From the NCBI GenBank assembly GCA_001179505.1, contig CDMY01000472.1, forward strand, positions 5,742 through 69,741: a stretch of DNA of 64,000 nucleotides, given 5' to 3'. Position numbers and translations under genes: made by a program. Under the pieces are notes generated by a model, which worked only from the letters and a program-made list of their open reading frames with translations, made no database searches and had not been told where the DNA came from. The stretch's first letter is position 1, and every line of letters begins with the position of its first letter. Of the stretch, positions 12,580 to 24,568 are shown in pieces. The DNA comes from Vitrella brassicaformis CCMP3155. Lineage: Eukaryota > Protista > Chromerida.

Positions 12580-13096
12580 CGCTGTGAGAGTCAATGACCG
12601 AGATTCGCATCGGGGAGCGGTTTAGAGCAGTTCCCCCGGCGAGTGGATCGCTTACATTCCTTCACTTCCCGGCTGAGCCAGTGCACCGCACACGGATACC
12701 GCACGATTGCACCTCAATGAAAAGAGCCAACCGCCGAGGAGTCTCTCTGAGCACATTGGTTTGTTTTCGCTTGTCTCACGGCCAGGAAGGAAATCGAAGG
12801 ACGTTCAGCGTGTCCTCCCCCCTTACGAAGAAAAGGGCACACAGCAAGACAGTCACCCCCAGTGTGAATGCACGCAGCCATAATAAAGACCGCGGCAAAA
12901 TGACACATCATCATCATCATCACCACGCAAAGCATAACACACATCACATGATATCACACACCGAGGGCAGCAGAACGTACTGAGACCGCCAGCCGGCCGC
13001 GGCAATCCAGAAAGGAGTCGGCCGACAGAGAGAGTGACAAAAAGGGCCCCTTTCTCTGTCTGTCTGTCTGTCTGTCTGTCTGGGTGGCTAAGGCCG

Positions 13097-14696
13097 CTAT
13101 GCGAGCGCCTTAGCAACCTCACGCGCGAAGAGCGTCGCGCCCAGCTCGAACGTGGTTGCAAACCACACCACCACCAGATCCCTCCCAGGGGACACATAAA
13201 GTCCCTGGCCGAATATGCCACCCTGACCGATCGACGGACGCAATACACACACGCACACAGAGAGGGGTTGATGGATGGTGCGTCAGTGAGTGAGTCAGCC
13301 ACGTACCTTGAAGATGTCGCCGTCGGCGAATACGGCGTCCTACTGCTGGCTGTTGTATAGAGGCTCCTCCGCAAAGCCCTCCGCCATGCGCCTCATAATG
13401 TCGATATTCGCGCCGCTCGAGTCCACCCGGCCCCCCGTCTGAATGCGGTCGAGGTAGGCCGCCGACACCACCGATTTGTCAGAAGCGCTCGGCGTGTAGA
13501 TCATCCCATACCTGCCGAAGTCGCGCAAGCGCGAAGCGAACAAACCGTGTCCGAGCGCCGTCAAGCCGTCGGGCGTGAGAGCCACCACAGCGTCGCCCTC
13601 CGCTCCCATCTTCCCCCAGATCCTCTCTTGCACCAGTGCCGCCCAGGTGCGGTTTTCCACTGCCTCTGCCAGGTCCACCAGCAGCTGGGTGGCGGCGGAT
13701 GTGTAGCCCACCACCTCTCCCGGCGCGTGGAGCTTCTCGAGCAACAGCAGGACATCACGAAGGGGGAGCACCTGGCCCTCTGGGTTTGGCTCGCCGAACT
13801 CGGCGGCAAAGACGCGCCGGATCCCAGAAGAGGGGTCCCGCTGCGTCGCCTGTGTTTCCTCTGCAACAAAGACAGACAGACAGACAGACAGACAGAGAGA
13901 GAGGGAGCTCCTCCCAGTCACTGAGCTCATTGATGTGTCGAGCTGGTGGTTGCTGACGGCGCGTACCCACATCGAGCCCCAGCCTCATGTCAAGCGCGTC
14001 GATGACCTTGATATCTGCCAGGGCCGATGCGTTCGCCTTGTCTGCCAGGTAGGGGATGTAGGCCGACAGAGGCTCCTGCTGGTCGACCTTGCCCTCGTCC
14101 ACCAGCTGCCCCACGATGAGGCTGGGAACCGTCTTGGTCGACGACATCCACAAGTGCAGATCTTCAGGCCGCATGCCCGGATAGGCCTCGAACAAGATGG
14201 CCCCCCGGTGGATGACCAGAAAGGCCTGCATGCGCGAGGCTGGGTGCCTGAGGAAGTCGTCCAGTGACATCTCGCCGAGGCTTGTGTTCGCCCGGATGGA
14301 GCCGATGTCAATCTCGACGCCGACGTCAGCACCAACAGGCAGCTCGGCGACCGACCCATTTCGCCTGATGACGCTGCTTGGGTGGAACTCGGAGACATGG
14401 CCGTTGTAGTAGAGCGCCACATCGCCTGGGTCAAGTCAACACAAATCAAATCGTCACACACACAGGAGGTCAGATGTCAGATGTGATGCATACGTACCAG
14501 CGAGAAGCAGCGTGTCGAGGGAGAAGTTGGCCTTGATGCGATGGATGGCGTCGAGGCCAATCCCCTCCCTGACTGCGCTCACGGGCATCATCGGGCCGAC
14601 GCCCTCCTCTGCATCCGCCGAGATCTGACCTCCTGCGATGGGCAAACACACCACCACCACCGCCACCACCGCCAACACGCCTATCAGGACAGCCAT
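13097..14696 (-). CDS. Secreted beta-lactamase-fold serine hydrolase resembling 6-aminohexanoate-dimer hydrolase (NylB-like), 4 exons
   Basis: Exons 14696-14498, 14425-13967, 13860-13307 and 13222-13097 splice in frame at GT-AG junctions. The product has a hydrophobic N-terminus (MAVLIGVLAVVAVVVVCLPIAGG), HLWMSSTKTV (SxxK), GYTSAATQLL (YxS), ASRLRDFGRYG and KGGIFGQGLYVSP, and ends in TAG at 13097-13099. Confidence 0.85.
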
Positions 14697-14777
14697 CACG
14701 GCGTAGAGAAGAGTTGGTGTCAGATCTCGATGCTCGTGAAACAGATTTTTCGTTTACGGAGGGACAGGGGGAAGGAG

Positions 14778-17300
14778 ATGACGGACGGGGCGGCGCTTGA
14801 GGTAGTCCCCGATAGTAGGGATGAGCCCGAGGCAGCTGCAGCTCTGCAGCAGCAGGAGCGGCAGGAGCAGCAGGAGGAGCGGCAGGAGGAGCGGCAGGAG
14901 GAGCCCGAGGCTCCCACCAAGGCTCTGCGGTGGTGGGAGCAGCCGCCATACGTCAAAGGACCGCCAGCAGGACACACCACCAGCACCGCCTCTAACAAAC
15001 ACGTAAGTGCGGCAGGAGGGGAGACCTCCCTCCCTCGAGGAAACACCCACACCACGGCACACCACACCATCCAGTGCAGTGTGTCGGATGTGTCGGATGT
15101 GGTGGATGGATGGATGGATGGATGGATGGATGGGCTCACAGGTGCACGTCGTAGATGCTGACCATGGTTCTGAGAGGAGCTACGGGACGAGCGAGGCGTC
15201 GGGGGCGGCCGGGGGAGGGGGAGGCGTGGGGGTGGGACCAGGACCATCGGCTGCCATGGGTGCCGGTGATGGGGGAGACTGTACGGGGGAGATGGCCGAT
15301 AGACGGGCATACAGCGGGACGGTACCACACATAAGATAACACACACAGAGGGAGAGGGAGAGGGAGAAGCACCATTGAACCGGTTTCCTTGGTGCACACA
15401 GGCTTCGCCTGCAGGGGAGGTGTCTGAGCGTTCCGGGGTGTCGCACACCACATCCGCCACATCCGCCACATCCGACACGACAGAGGTGAGTGGCAGAGAG
15501 CACTAGCACGGCCTGCACCTTCTCTTATGGTGTGCGTGTGTGTGTGTGTGAGCAGGATAGCTACAACTTGCTGGACCTCCGCAACGCCGACAACTTCACA
15601 CCCAGTGAGTAGGACAGCATAGAGCAGGCAACGAACACCCCCACCCCTCCCTCAATCCATCCATCCATCCATCGTGGTGCCTGCGCCAATTCGTGCAGAG
15701 GAGATCGACATCCGCAATCAGCTGCTGGACGTCATCAAGATGGGCCCCAGCTACATCGACGCCGCCCAGGCCGTCCTCGTCGCCAGTATGCGCTACGTTA
15801 GCACCGTCGCCGACAGCACACAGGACGACATAGTCAAGCTCGAGCAGCTCTACCATCGGCACACACACCCACACATCCACAGGGGGAAGGGCATGAGCAT
15901 GGAGGCGTTCAAGCAAACAAGGAACGAGGTGATCGTCTCGGCGACGAGGCGGGCGATAGACAAGCTGCGGGGGCAAAAGGCGAAAGCGAAGGCGACAGAC
16001 AACAATGCTGGCCGAGAGGAGGGGGATGGTGGAGAGGGTGCGGGGGCGGGGGCGGGGGAGGGAGAGTGGGACCAGGAGGAGTGGGACAGAGCCAGGGGGC
16101 GGAGGGGAGGAGGATACGGACCTAGCAATGGTGGGTGTGGATCGGCGAGACTTCACCACACCACGCCACGCCACGGCCCAACTCACGCCGAACTCATTCC
16201 TCTCTCCGCCTCTGTCCATGTGTGCGTTGTGTGTCCGTGTGTGTGTCCGTGTGTCCGTGTGTGTGTGTGTGTGAGTGTGTGCAGGTAGCAGATACCCTCG
16301 TCGCAGTGAGCGCTTCGAGCCCTATGGCAGAGGGAGAGGGAGAGGGGGAGGCCGCTACAGGTGACAGCAGACGACACCGTCCATCCATCAGTATGTCTGT
16401 GAGCAAAAGTGTGTGTGTGTATGTGTGTATGGGCAGCAGTAGGTCGCCGCGTGATGACGCAGAAGACTATGAGCATGAGCAAACCCAGCAGCAGCGCGCC
16501 GCAGTCAACAACATGCCACCGTACGCTGCAAACAAACATTGGATGGACACATCACATCAAGGAATGAACGAAAGACGCGACAAGTGGCTGTGTGTGCACT
16601 GCACTGACTGCAGTGGCCACGTGCCGTATTGCCCACCTCCGCCGCCGCCGCCCTCGATCTCGATGATGACTGGTGTGGGTGCCGCCGGATATGGGAGTGG
16701 CGGGTCAGTGAGGGAGAGGGAGAGAGAGAGAGAGGGAGGGAGGGAGGGAGGGAGGGAGAGGGGGAGACTTTGAGACACACACACACAAGAGGACCCCCAC
16801 AGAGGCTCTCTCCCTGTCTGTCTCTCTCTTTGTCCCTCATCATTTGTTCAGGAGGGTGAGAGGGGACTTTGTTCCGCCCCCACCACCGGCACCAGCACCA
16901 GGCTGCTACAAGTAACCGAAGCATCCATCCATTCATTCATCCATCATCCATTTATCCAATTCTCTCGTTCATACTGCCTGCCTCCATCAAGTGGGTCGCC
17001 CCCCATGGCACCAGGAGGCTTCGCTGCGAGCCCGACTTACCACTACCTTCGCCAGACTCCCACACACACATACGCGGCGACACACACACACCTCATGGGG
17101 CCGCCGCCAATGTCAGCGCCGCCAACACCCACACACACACACACACAGTGTGTGGGCTGTCGGGGGATGAGTGTGTGTTGGTTCGCTGTGTTGGTGCACT
17201 GGCAGGTTTGCGCCTCATGCGCCTCGGATGCCGGCTGGCGTGTATCGACCGCCCCAACCACCAGGCGCACCTATGATCCCTGGGTGAGTGAGTGAGTGGG
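14778..17300 (+). CDS. Multi-exon hypothetical protein: acidic/QEER-repeat N-terminus, helical central domain, RG-rich and Pro-rich C-terminus
   Basis: ATG at 14778 (MTDGAALEVVP...QEERQEER). GT-AG exons include DSYNLLDLRNADNFTP, EEIDIRNQLLDVIKMGPSYIDAAQAVLV...RRAIDKLRG and RSERFEPYGRGRGRGGGRY. The 3' end is approximate. Confidence 0.55.
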
Positions 17301-18334
17301 GGGCTGGGTGGGCAAGTCGATGGCGACACACAAACACATGCATGGGGTCCATGTGGTGGTTGGTGTGTGCGTGTGTGTGTGTTGCAGGGGGCCGGGTGTG
17401 CAGTTCGGCATGGGGCGACCACCACCCCCTATGCCGTGATTGACCGACGACGGAGGACGAGTAGTCGACCGAGACAGACAGACATATACACATAGATAGC
17501 GCACACACGAGGGGGGAGGGAGGGAGGGAGGGGTTCTATTGATAGGTGGGGGCTGCTATGACGTGTTGGATTGGTAGTCGATGTGTGTGTGTGAGAGGGA
17601 TTTGTTGACATTCATCCATCCGTCGACCAGATCATCAGATTGACCAGCTGTGTTGTTACTTGAATGCATTCATCAGTCTCTCTTTCTTTCAACGCCCAGC
17701 CAGCCAGCAATCAAGCCAACACACAAACAAACAAATATTCCCTGGAATCCAACACGTGTGATGCAAGCAAGTGTCAGTGTCCCAAAGTGGATGGATGGAT
17801 GGTGTCTGTTTACACATGACGACAGGCATGACAACACGGAACACGGAAGCAACAGTGAATGAGTGTGTCTGTGTGTGGTCGTCGGTGGAGCTCTGTGTGT
17901 GTGTGTGTGTGCCCCAACCTCATCCCACCCCCGCCGCCCCAACCAACCCCAACAGCCCAACCATCCCGGCCCAGCTCAGTGGACAGACAGACAGACAGAA
18001 AGGTAGACAGCAACAGAGAGAGAGAGAGAGAGAGACGGATCGACAGACGGCCGGCCGGCAGCAGCAAATTAAAAGACCGGCAAGCCCCACGCACCCACCC
18101 ATCCCCACCCCCCAGCCCCACCGACGCACATGTGGTCGACGGAAGCCATACACCCACCCACTCACTCACTCCACTGCCTTTCTGTCTGCCCGAGAAAACC
18201 GCAGAGAGAGGGAGTGGGGGAGAGGGAGGGGGGAAATGAGTCCCCTGGCTCCTCCGTCCTCTCTGCTCTCTGCTTATCCTTCCCGACATTGTCGTGTGTG
18301 TGATATCTTACATAGATGGTCATGATGCCATTCC

Positions 18335-18634
18335 NNNNNNNNNNNNNNNNNNNNNNNNNNNNNNNNNNNNNNNNNNNNNNNNNNNNNNNNNNNNNNNNNN
18401 NNNNNNNNNNNNNNNNNNNNNNNNNNNNNNNNNNNNNNNNNNNNNNNNNNNNNNNNNNNNNNNNNNNNNNNNNNNNNNNNNNNNNNNNNNNNNNNNNNNN
18501 NNNNNNNNNNNNNNNNNNNNNNNNNNNNNNNNNNNNNNNNNNNNNNNNNNNNNNNNNNNNNNNNNNNNNNNNNNNNNNNNNNNNNNNNNNNNNNNNNNNN
18601 NNNNNNNNNNNNNNNNNNNNNNNNNNNNNNNNNN
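18335..18634. other. Assembly gap (300 N)
   Basis: Run of N. Confidence 1.
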
Positions 18635-18816
18635 CCCTCTCCCCCCCGTCTCCCCGCTATGGTACGACAAGAGTCAATCAATCAGCCAGTCAGTGTCCGA
18701 TCGGTCAATCCACCCACCACCATACACACACACACATACATACGTACAGCCCGGCGGCCCGGTCAAAACGAACCACACCCCCCCACGGCCCCAACGCCCC
18801 CACGGCATATGGCGTA

Positions 18817-20496
18817 TCAGGACTCGCCGCCCTTGCTGTCGTAGAGACGGCATATCCTACACACACACACACACACACACGAAGATAGAGAGAGAGAGAG
18901 AGCCCTCGTGTCGTGAAGCGTCGTGTGTGCACTGCAGTGTCGTTGGGTGTGTGTTACCTACCTGCCGAGTCCCTTGGTGCGCCCCTCGCGGAACAACAGG
19001 GGCAGGTCTAGCGCCAGGTACTCGGCGTGATACATGAACCTACACACACACACACACACACAACCACACAATCATACACACACATGGTGGCAGGTGTGTG
19101 TCAGATGGTGGATGGATGGATGGATGGGCGCACCTGAAGCGGATGGACCCCCTGTCGCCTGTCCGCAGGAGGTCCCCTGTGAGCGAGATGACCTGGGCGG
19201 ACTGGCGGATCACGCCGCAGTGAATCACCGCCTGGTACCTGCACACAATCCACACACACATCCACACACAACCATCCCCCCCGGTGCATCTGTGTGTGTG
19301 TGAGTGTGCGCACCGTTCCTTGATGGTGGTCGCATGGTGGAGTATGACCACCTCGGCCTCGAACTCCCACGTGGCCTTGGGCACCGTAGAGCGATCCAAC
19401 AACACCATACCCTGCACACACAACATTCAACGCTGTGGGCGTCACGTCAAAGGCCCTCTGGTCCTGTGGCAATGACATGACGGACCTTCCTGAAGTGGTT
19501 TCTCTTGAGCTGCTCCTTCTTGACCAGAGAGCGCAGGGCAAACGAGGCCGCCTGGCCTGAGACCACCTGCAGAGATGACAGACAACGACATCCAATGTGT
19601 GTGGGTGTGGGTGTGTGTGTGTGTGTGGGTGTGTGTGTGGCGGACTGCTCGCCTTGCTGACGGGGATGCGCTTGGAGTGAATCGACCGCACCAGCACCGG
19701 CCTGAAGTTGCCCGTCTTGTCGGGGCCCAACAGCACCTAAACACCACACACCACACAGACATCCAGTGGCCTCTCTCCCTCACTCCCTCTCTGTGCACCT
19801 GGCTGTTCTGCATGATCGTCCCGCTCTTCATGGTGCCCGCCACAACGATGCCCACTCCCGTCACCTACACACACACACACACACACACACACATCCATCC
19901 ATCCATCCACTGCGACCACCCACACCCACACGCACACGCACACACACACCTGGTAGACGCCGTCGATGTGGAACTCAGCGGGGTCAGAGGGCGGCCTGTA
20001 CAGCCCGCAGTCCTCCACTCGGTTGACGATGCGCACCATGAAGTCGCGCAGGAACTCCAGGCCCTCCCCGGTCACGTTGGACACGGTGAAGATCGGGCAC
20101 ACCTTCACTCACACGCACACACACACAGACACAGACAGAGACAGAGACAGAGGGATGCTTCTGTGTGATGACTGCGACGGGGGGCAGGAGAGGGTTGGGG
20201 TATACCCTGTCGGACGCAATGCTCGATGCCGCAGCTACGATATCGTCGGCCTCACGGATCACTGACACACACACACACAGAGATATCAACACACACACAC
20301 TTTTGCCAACAAGAAGCACCGCTGTGGCGCCTCCCTCTCTGTTGTCTATCAGACGCACCCAGGGGGAGCTTCTTGGCGGCGCTCGATTTGAGGAGTTTGC
20401 AGAGCTGCTGCATCGACTCCTTGTACTTGTTCTCCGGGGCTATGTCGATCTTCGTGATGACGATAAACACCGGCACGCGCAATGCCAACGCTATAC

Positions 20497-20528
<32 letters not shown>

Positions 20529-21700
20529 CCATCCATCCACCACCACATGATGGGGCGTACCAAGGTGTTCCCTCGTCATCCTCTGGATCCCCATGTTGGC
20601 TCCGATGACTATCATGGCGTAGTCGGGGCAGCACCCCACCAGGCCGAAGATGGTCGTCTTGAGGTACTTCTCGTGGCCACAGAGGTCCAGGAAGGTCACG
20701 ATCTTGCTGCTGTTGTTGACGATGTGCGACCAGGTGGCGTTGCGCGACTGGGCGGAGTTCTGGCGGGCCTGCTCGGGGACCACCTGCTTGCCGTCGGTGG
20801 TGAAGCCCATGATCTCCTGAGCGATGCTGCTCGTCCGGCCGTTTTGCAACTCGTGGGCGTAGTTGAACACTCGAGAACGGGCCGCACCACGGCCATCTGC
20901 ACCAGACACACACAGAGATAGAGAGAGAGGGAGAGAGAGGAATGAGCCCTTGTGTGTGTGTGCGCGTACCGTCGAGCACTCGCTTGGTGAGGACACCAAC
21001 CAAAGTGGACTTGCCTGACAGACGGACAGCACACAAGGGGAGAGGGGACAGTGTGCCTGTGGATGAATGGATGGATGGATGGATGGATGGATGTATGTGT
21101 TGTGTTGTGTACCCACCCGAGTCGACGTTGCCGATCATGGCTATCTTGACATCCTCCGAATCGACGTGCTCCACATGGACCTGACAACACACACCCCACA
21201 CACGCCCATTTGAGTGTCGTTCTGTCGTCCCCACACCCACACCCACACACACACACACTGACCTCATCCAGAGGGTCCGCCATGTGGGCGGCGTCGTGAG
21301 GGATGCCCGCTAGTGCCGTGTTGAGCTCGTCGCTGTGCTGCTTGCCCAGCAACGCCTCGCTGACAGCTCCTAACCCCTCCCTGTCCTCCCCCTCCCCATC
21401 GCCCTCGAGCAATCCCTCCTCCTCGCCGTCATTGTCACCACTGTCAACACTGTCGAACGAGTCCGGCTCCACCACACCGCCGTCGTGGACAATGTCCGCC
21501 TCAATCACCTCATTGTTGCCGTGCTCGTCCGGCACCACATCCGTGTCGATGTGGTGCGGCGGCTCCGATGCCTTAGAACCCTCCAGTAACGCACCCGAAC
21601 CTCCAAGCATCACACTAGTGCTACTGACTGTGGACGTGTCACATTCGCATTCGCGTTCTTGCTGACGACAGAACGAAGATCGCCGAATGAGCTCGCCCAT
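18817..21700 (-). CDS. GTPBP1: GTPBP1/GTPBP2-family translational GTPase with an acidic N-terminal extension
   Basis: Spliced exons give IAMIGNVDS|GKSTLVGVL (G1), GRTSSIAQEIMGF, FLDLCGHEKYLKTT (G3), IVITKIDI (G4), FTVSNVTGEGL, and domain II/III segments GVGIVVAGT, FEAEVVILHH and FREGRTKGLG. TGA is at 18817-18819. The start may be ATG 21610, 21700 or 21970. Confidence 0.92.
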
Positions 21701-21845
21701 TGGGAGCTCGCGGCAGGAAGACCTCTCAGCAGTTGCTCTCGAGGGGAAGGAAGACAGTGGCGACGAGGCAGAGCTGCTTTGACGAGCAGAAAGAGAATTC
21801 GCTGCCTCTTTTCTTCTGTCTGCTCCATCATCGCTCTGAGGGACA

Positions 21846-24339
21846 ATGGCGGCTGCGGCTGGTGCAGGTGCAAGAGACCATGAGCAGGGCCATGAGACGG
21901 ACTCGTCTCCGTCAAGGTCTCCGTTCGGCAGACCGACGCCGCTCCTCGACGAACAACTTCTGGTCAGCATGGCTTGACAATGAATGCACACCTCATTGGA
22001 TTTCGTCCCATGCATGGGTCGGCTTCATGTGTGTGTGTCGGTGCGGTGTGTCAGGTCAACAAGTTCGGTTCGCTGGCAGGGAACATCCGCGACGCGGCGC
22101 AGAAGTTGGCTTCGATGAGTGGCAGTGGGCATGCCGTGAGTGATGTCGAGAGCCTCAGCAAAGAAATTGAGGCGATGGTGGAGGGCAACGGGGGCAAGAT
22201 GGGGGAGACCCGGCACAGGGGCGTGCAGCTCAACTGTGGTGCGACACACATGGATGGATGGATGGATGGTCATTGGCTCGGCCCCGTGTGTGTGTGTGTG
22301 TGTGTCAGGCGGCCAGGTGATCCACCTCAACACCCGCACCCTGCGCCACCCATCCCTCAAGAATACCTTCCTCTCAACACTGCTCCTCAAGTTCATCGAC
22401 ATGCTGCCCAAAGACGAGAGCAAGATCGCATACCTCGAGGTCGCACCGGCCTATTTCTCGTGGCTGGCGGCCGAGATGCTGCTCATCGAGAGCGGACACC
22501 AGCACACCATCACCCTCGACGCCCCTGAGGCTGACGACCCTTCTGTGTCTGAGTACCACACCCTCTCTCTTCACCCAGAAAGTCGGCTCATCGGACGTCT
22601 CGCAGCTCGTCGGCGAGTCCACACCACCAGCAGCCGCGGGAGCAGCGGGAGCCTCCTCCAAGAAGCGCAAGCGTGAGGGAGAGGGAGAGGGAGAGGGCGG
22701 TCTAGAGGGAGGGGCGGAGGACAATATCGGTCACGAGCTGTCCTTCAAAGCCATGGAAAGGACCGCGACACAGATGGCGGCGTGGCTGGCGCAGTGTCGG
22801 AAGATCATCGACGAGCTGGAGAGGCGCCAGAAGGCGATGCAGCCGTTCCTCCACGCGATCCACCCGTTTCTGCGGCACAAGGAGGACAAGGACGACGACA
22901 CGAAGCTGCTGACGGTGCACATCGCCGGCAGACGAGTGTCCGTCCTGCCCCGCACGCTCAAGTGCTGTCCTAGCGGCCATCCCCTTCTGGAACTCTTCGC
23001 CACGTGAGCCCATGCAATGACGAGGGAAATGGAAGCCGCTTAGCTGATGGGTGTGTGTGTGTGTGTGTGTTTGTGGTGTTGTGTGTGTGCAGTGAGCCGC
23101 CTGCCCGCCATTTGCCGTTCAAGTACATCCAAAAGATCGTCGACTTCGCCAGACGGAAGGCCGTCATGGGCGCAAATGTGTTGGTGATGCCACCCACAGT
23201 AAAACCCCGAGAGGTGACCGTCTTCCAGGGCGAGATGGAGAAGTACGGCTCCAAGCCGAGTGAGGTCTACTGCAATGATGGCGGCGGTGAGATGGGCTTC
23301 GACGGGCTGGATCTGGTCATCAAGCTCGAGACGGAGTGGACACGGGTGCTCGAGATGATCAAGGAGGAGATCCGGGAAGAGCTGAAGGCCAACCAGGTAA
23401 AGTGAAATGGATGGATGGATCGATTGGGCACTCTTGCTGTCTCTCTCTCTCTGTCTCTCTGTGTGTGTCTGTGTGTGGGGGTGCAGGAAGACCTGTCATC
23501 CTTGCCCCCGATGCTATTTCGGTCAACACTTCTCTACAAGTACGCCACACAGACAGACAGACTGACAGACAGACACCCACGGTAGAAGGAACCCCCCTTC
23601 TCTCTTGTCTCCTGCTGCCAGGTCTTCTTGCGATGGCACGGCTTACACCACCCTGCTCGACAGCACCAAGGGCAAGGAAGGCCTGCTCTTCCTCTTTCGA
23701 CATGGCGACACCCACCGATTCGGCGCCTTCGTCATGGGCGGCCTGCAGGAGCCGGAAGACCCCACCAAGGAGAACTACTACGACACAGGCATCTTCTTCT
23801 TGTCGCTCAAGGGCGCCTACGCCCGGCCAACGAAGATCCCCCTCGACGACCCGGCGCAGTGCGTCTGCATGGGCGGCCGACAGGGCGCCGCGAACAATGC
23901 CGACGATGAGCCTGCGGCGAAGATGTTCCTGGGCGACGGCCGCCTGTGGCTCGGGTGGGGCATTGGCGACCCTCAGGGGCCGTCAAAGGACATCACCCAG
24001 TGCCACACGTGGTGAGTGGGCACACGTACACCACACCCAGTGCAAAGACGAGACGACCGGTTGGTTATTGTGTGATTGCATGCCATATATATCTAGGCTG
24101 GATCGGGACGACCTGCCGCAGGGCTACCAGGGGATATGGAAGGACGGCGTCGGCTCACTGGCCGCCAGCGACTTCTTCGCTGCCGATGACATCGAGATAT
24201 GGAACATCTGTAAGTCAGCTAGCTCCACGTGGGATGGGTGGCTCGGGTGTGTGCTCCCTCTCTCTCTCTGTGTATGTGCATGCGTGTGTGTGCGTGTGTG
24301 TGTGCAGGCCACAATTGGCCCAGGAGGACCAGTACTTGA
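21846..24339 (+). CDS. TLDc-domain protein with N-terminal BTB-like/helical regions (lineage-expanded type); one frame break near 22567
   Basis: Exon 1 is 21846-21962, spliced to 22055. C-terminal exons give LLY|KSSCDGTAYTTLLDSTKGKEGLLFLFRHGDTHRFGAF...FFLSLKG and FFAADDIEIW, which is TLDc-like. The frame is continuous except for a +1 shift at about 22567. Confidence 0.75.
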
Positions 24340-24568
24340 CTGACACGATGATTGAGTGCCGCGCTGCATTTGGTGTGCATTTGTCTGTTTGCTGCACTCG
24401 GCATGGCCTGACTGTGACCTTCCCGAGGGCAGTTTGCAGGAGACTCACTAATCTCTGTGCCGTCGTGAACATTTGATTTCAATCGTCCGATCGGTGGGAA
24501 TCCTTCCAGTCCATCCATCCATCCGTCCATCGTTGATGCAGCGCAACACCCACCCACCCCTCCCGCAT

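Noticed and set aside
18274-19037. ORFs spanning the N-runs (also 31056-31830)
   Set aside because: Their length is an artefact of X codons across assembly gaps.
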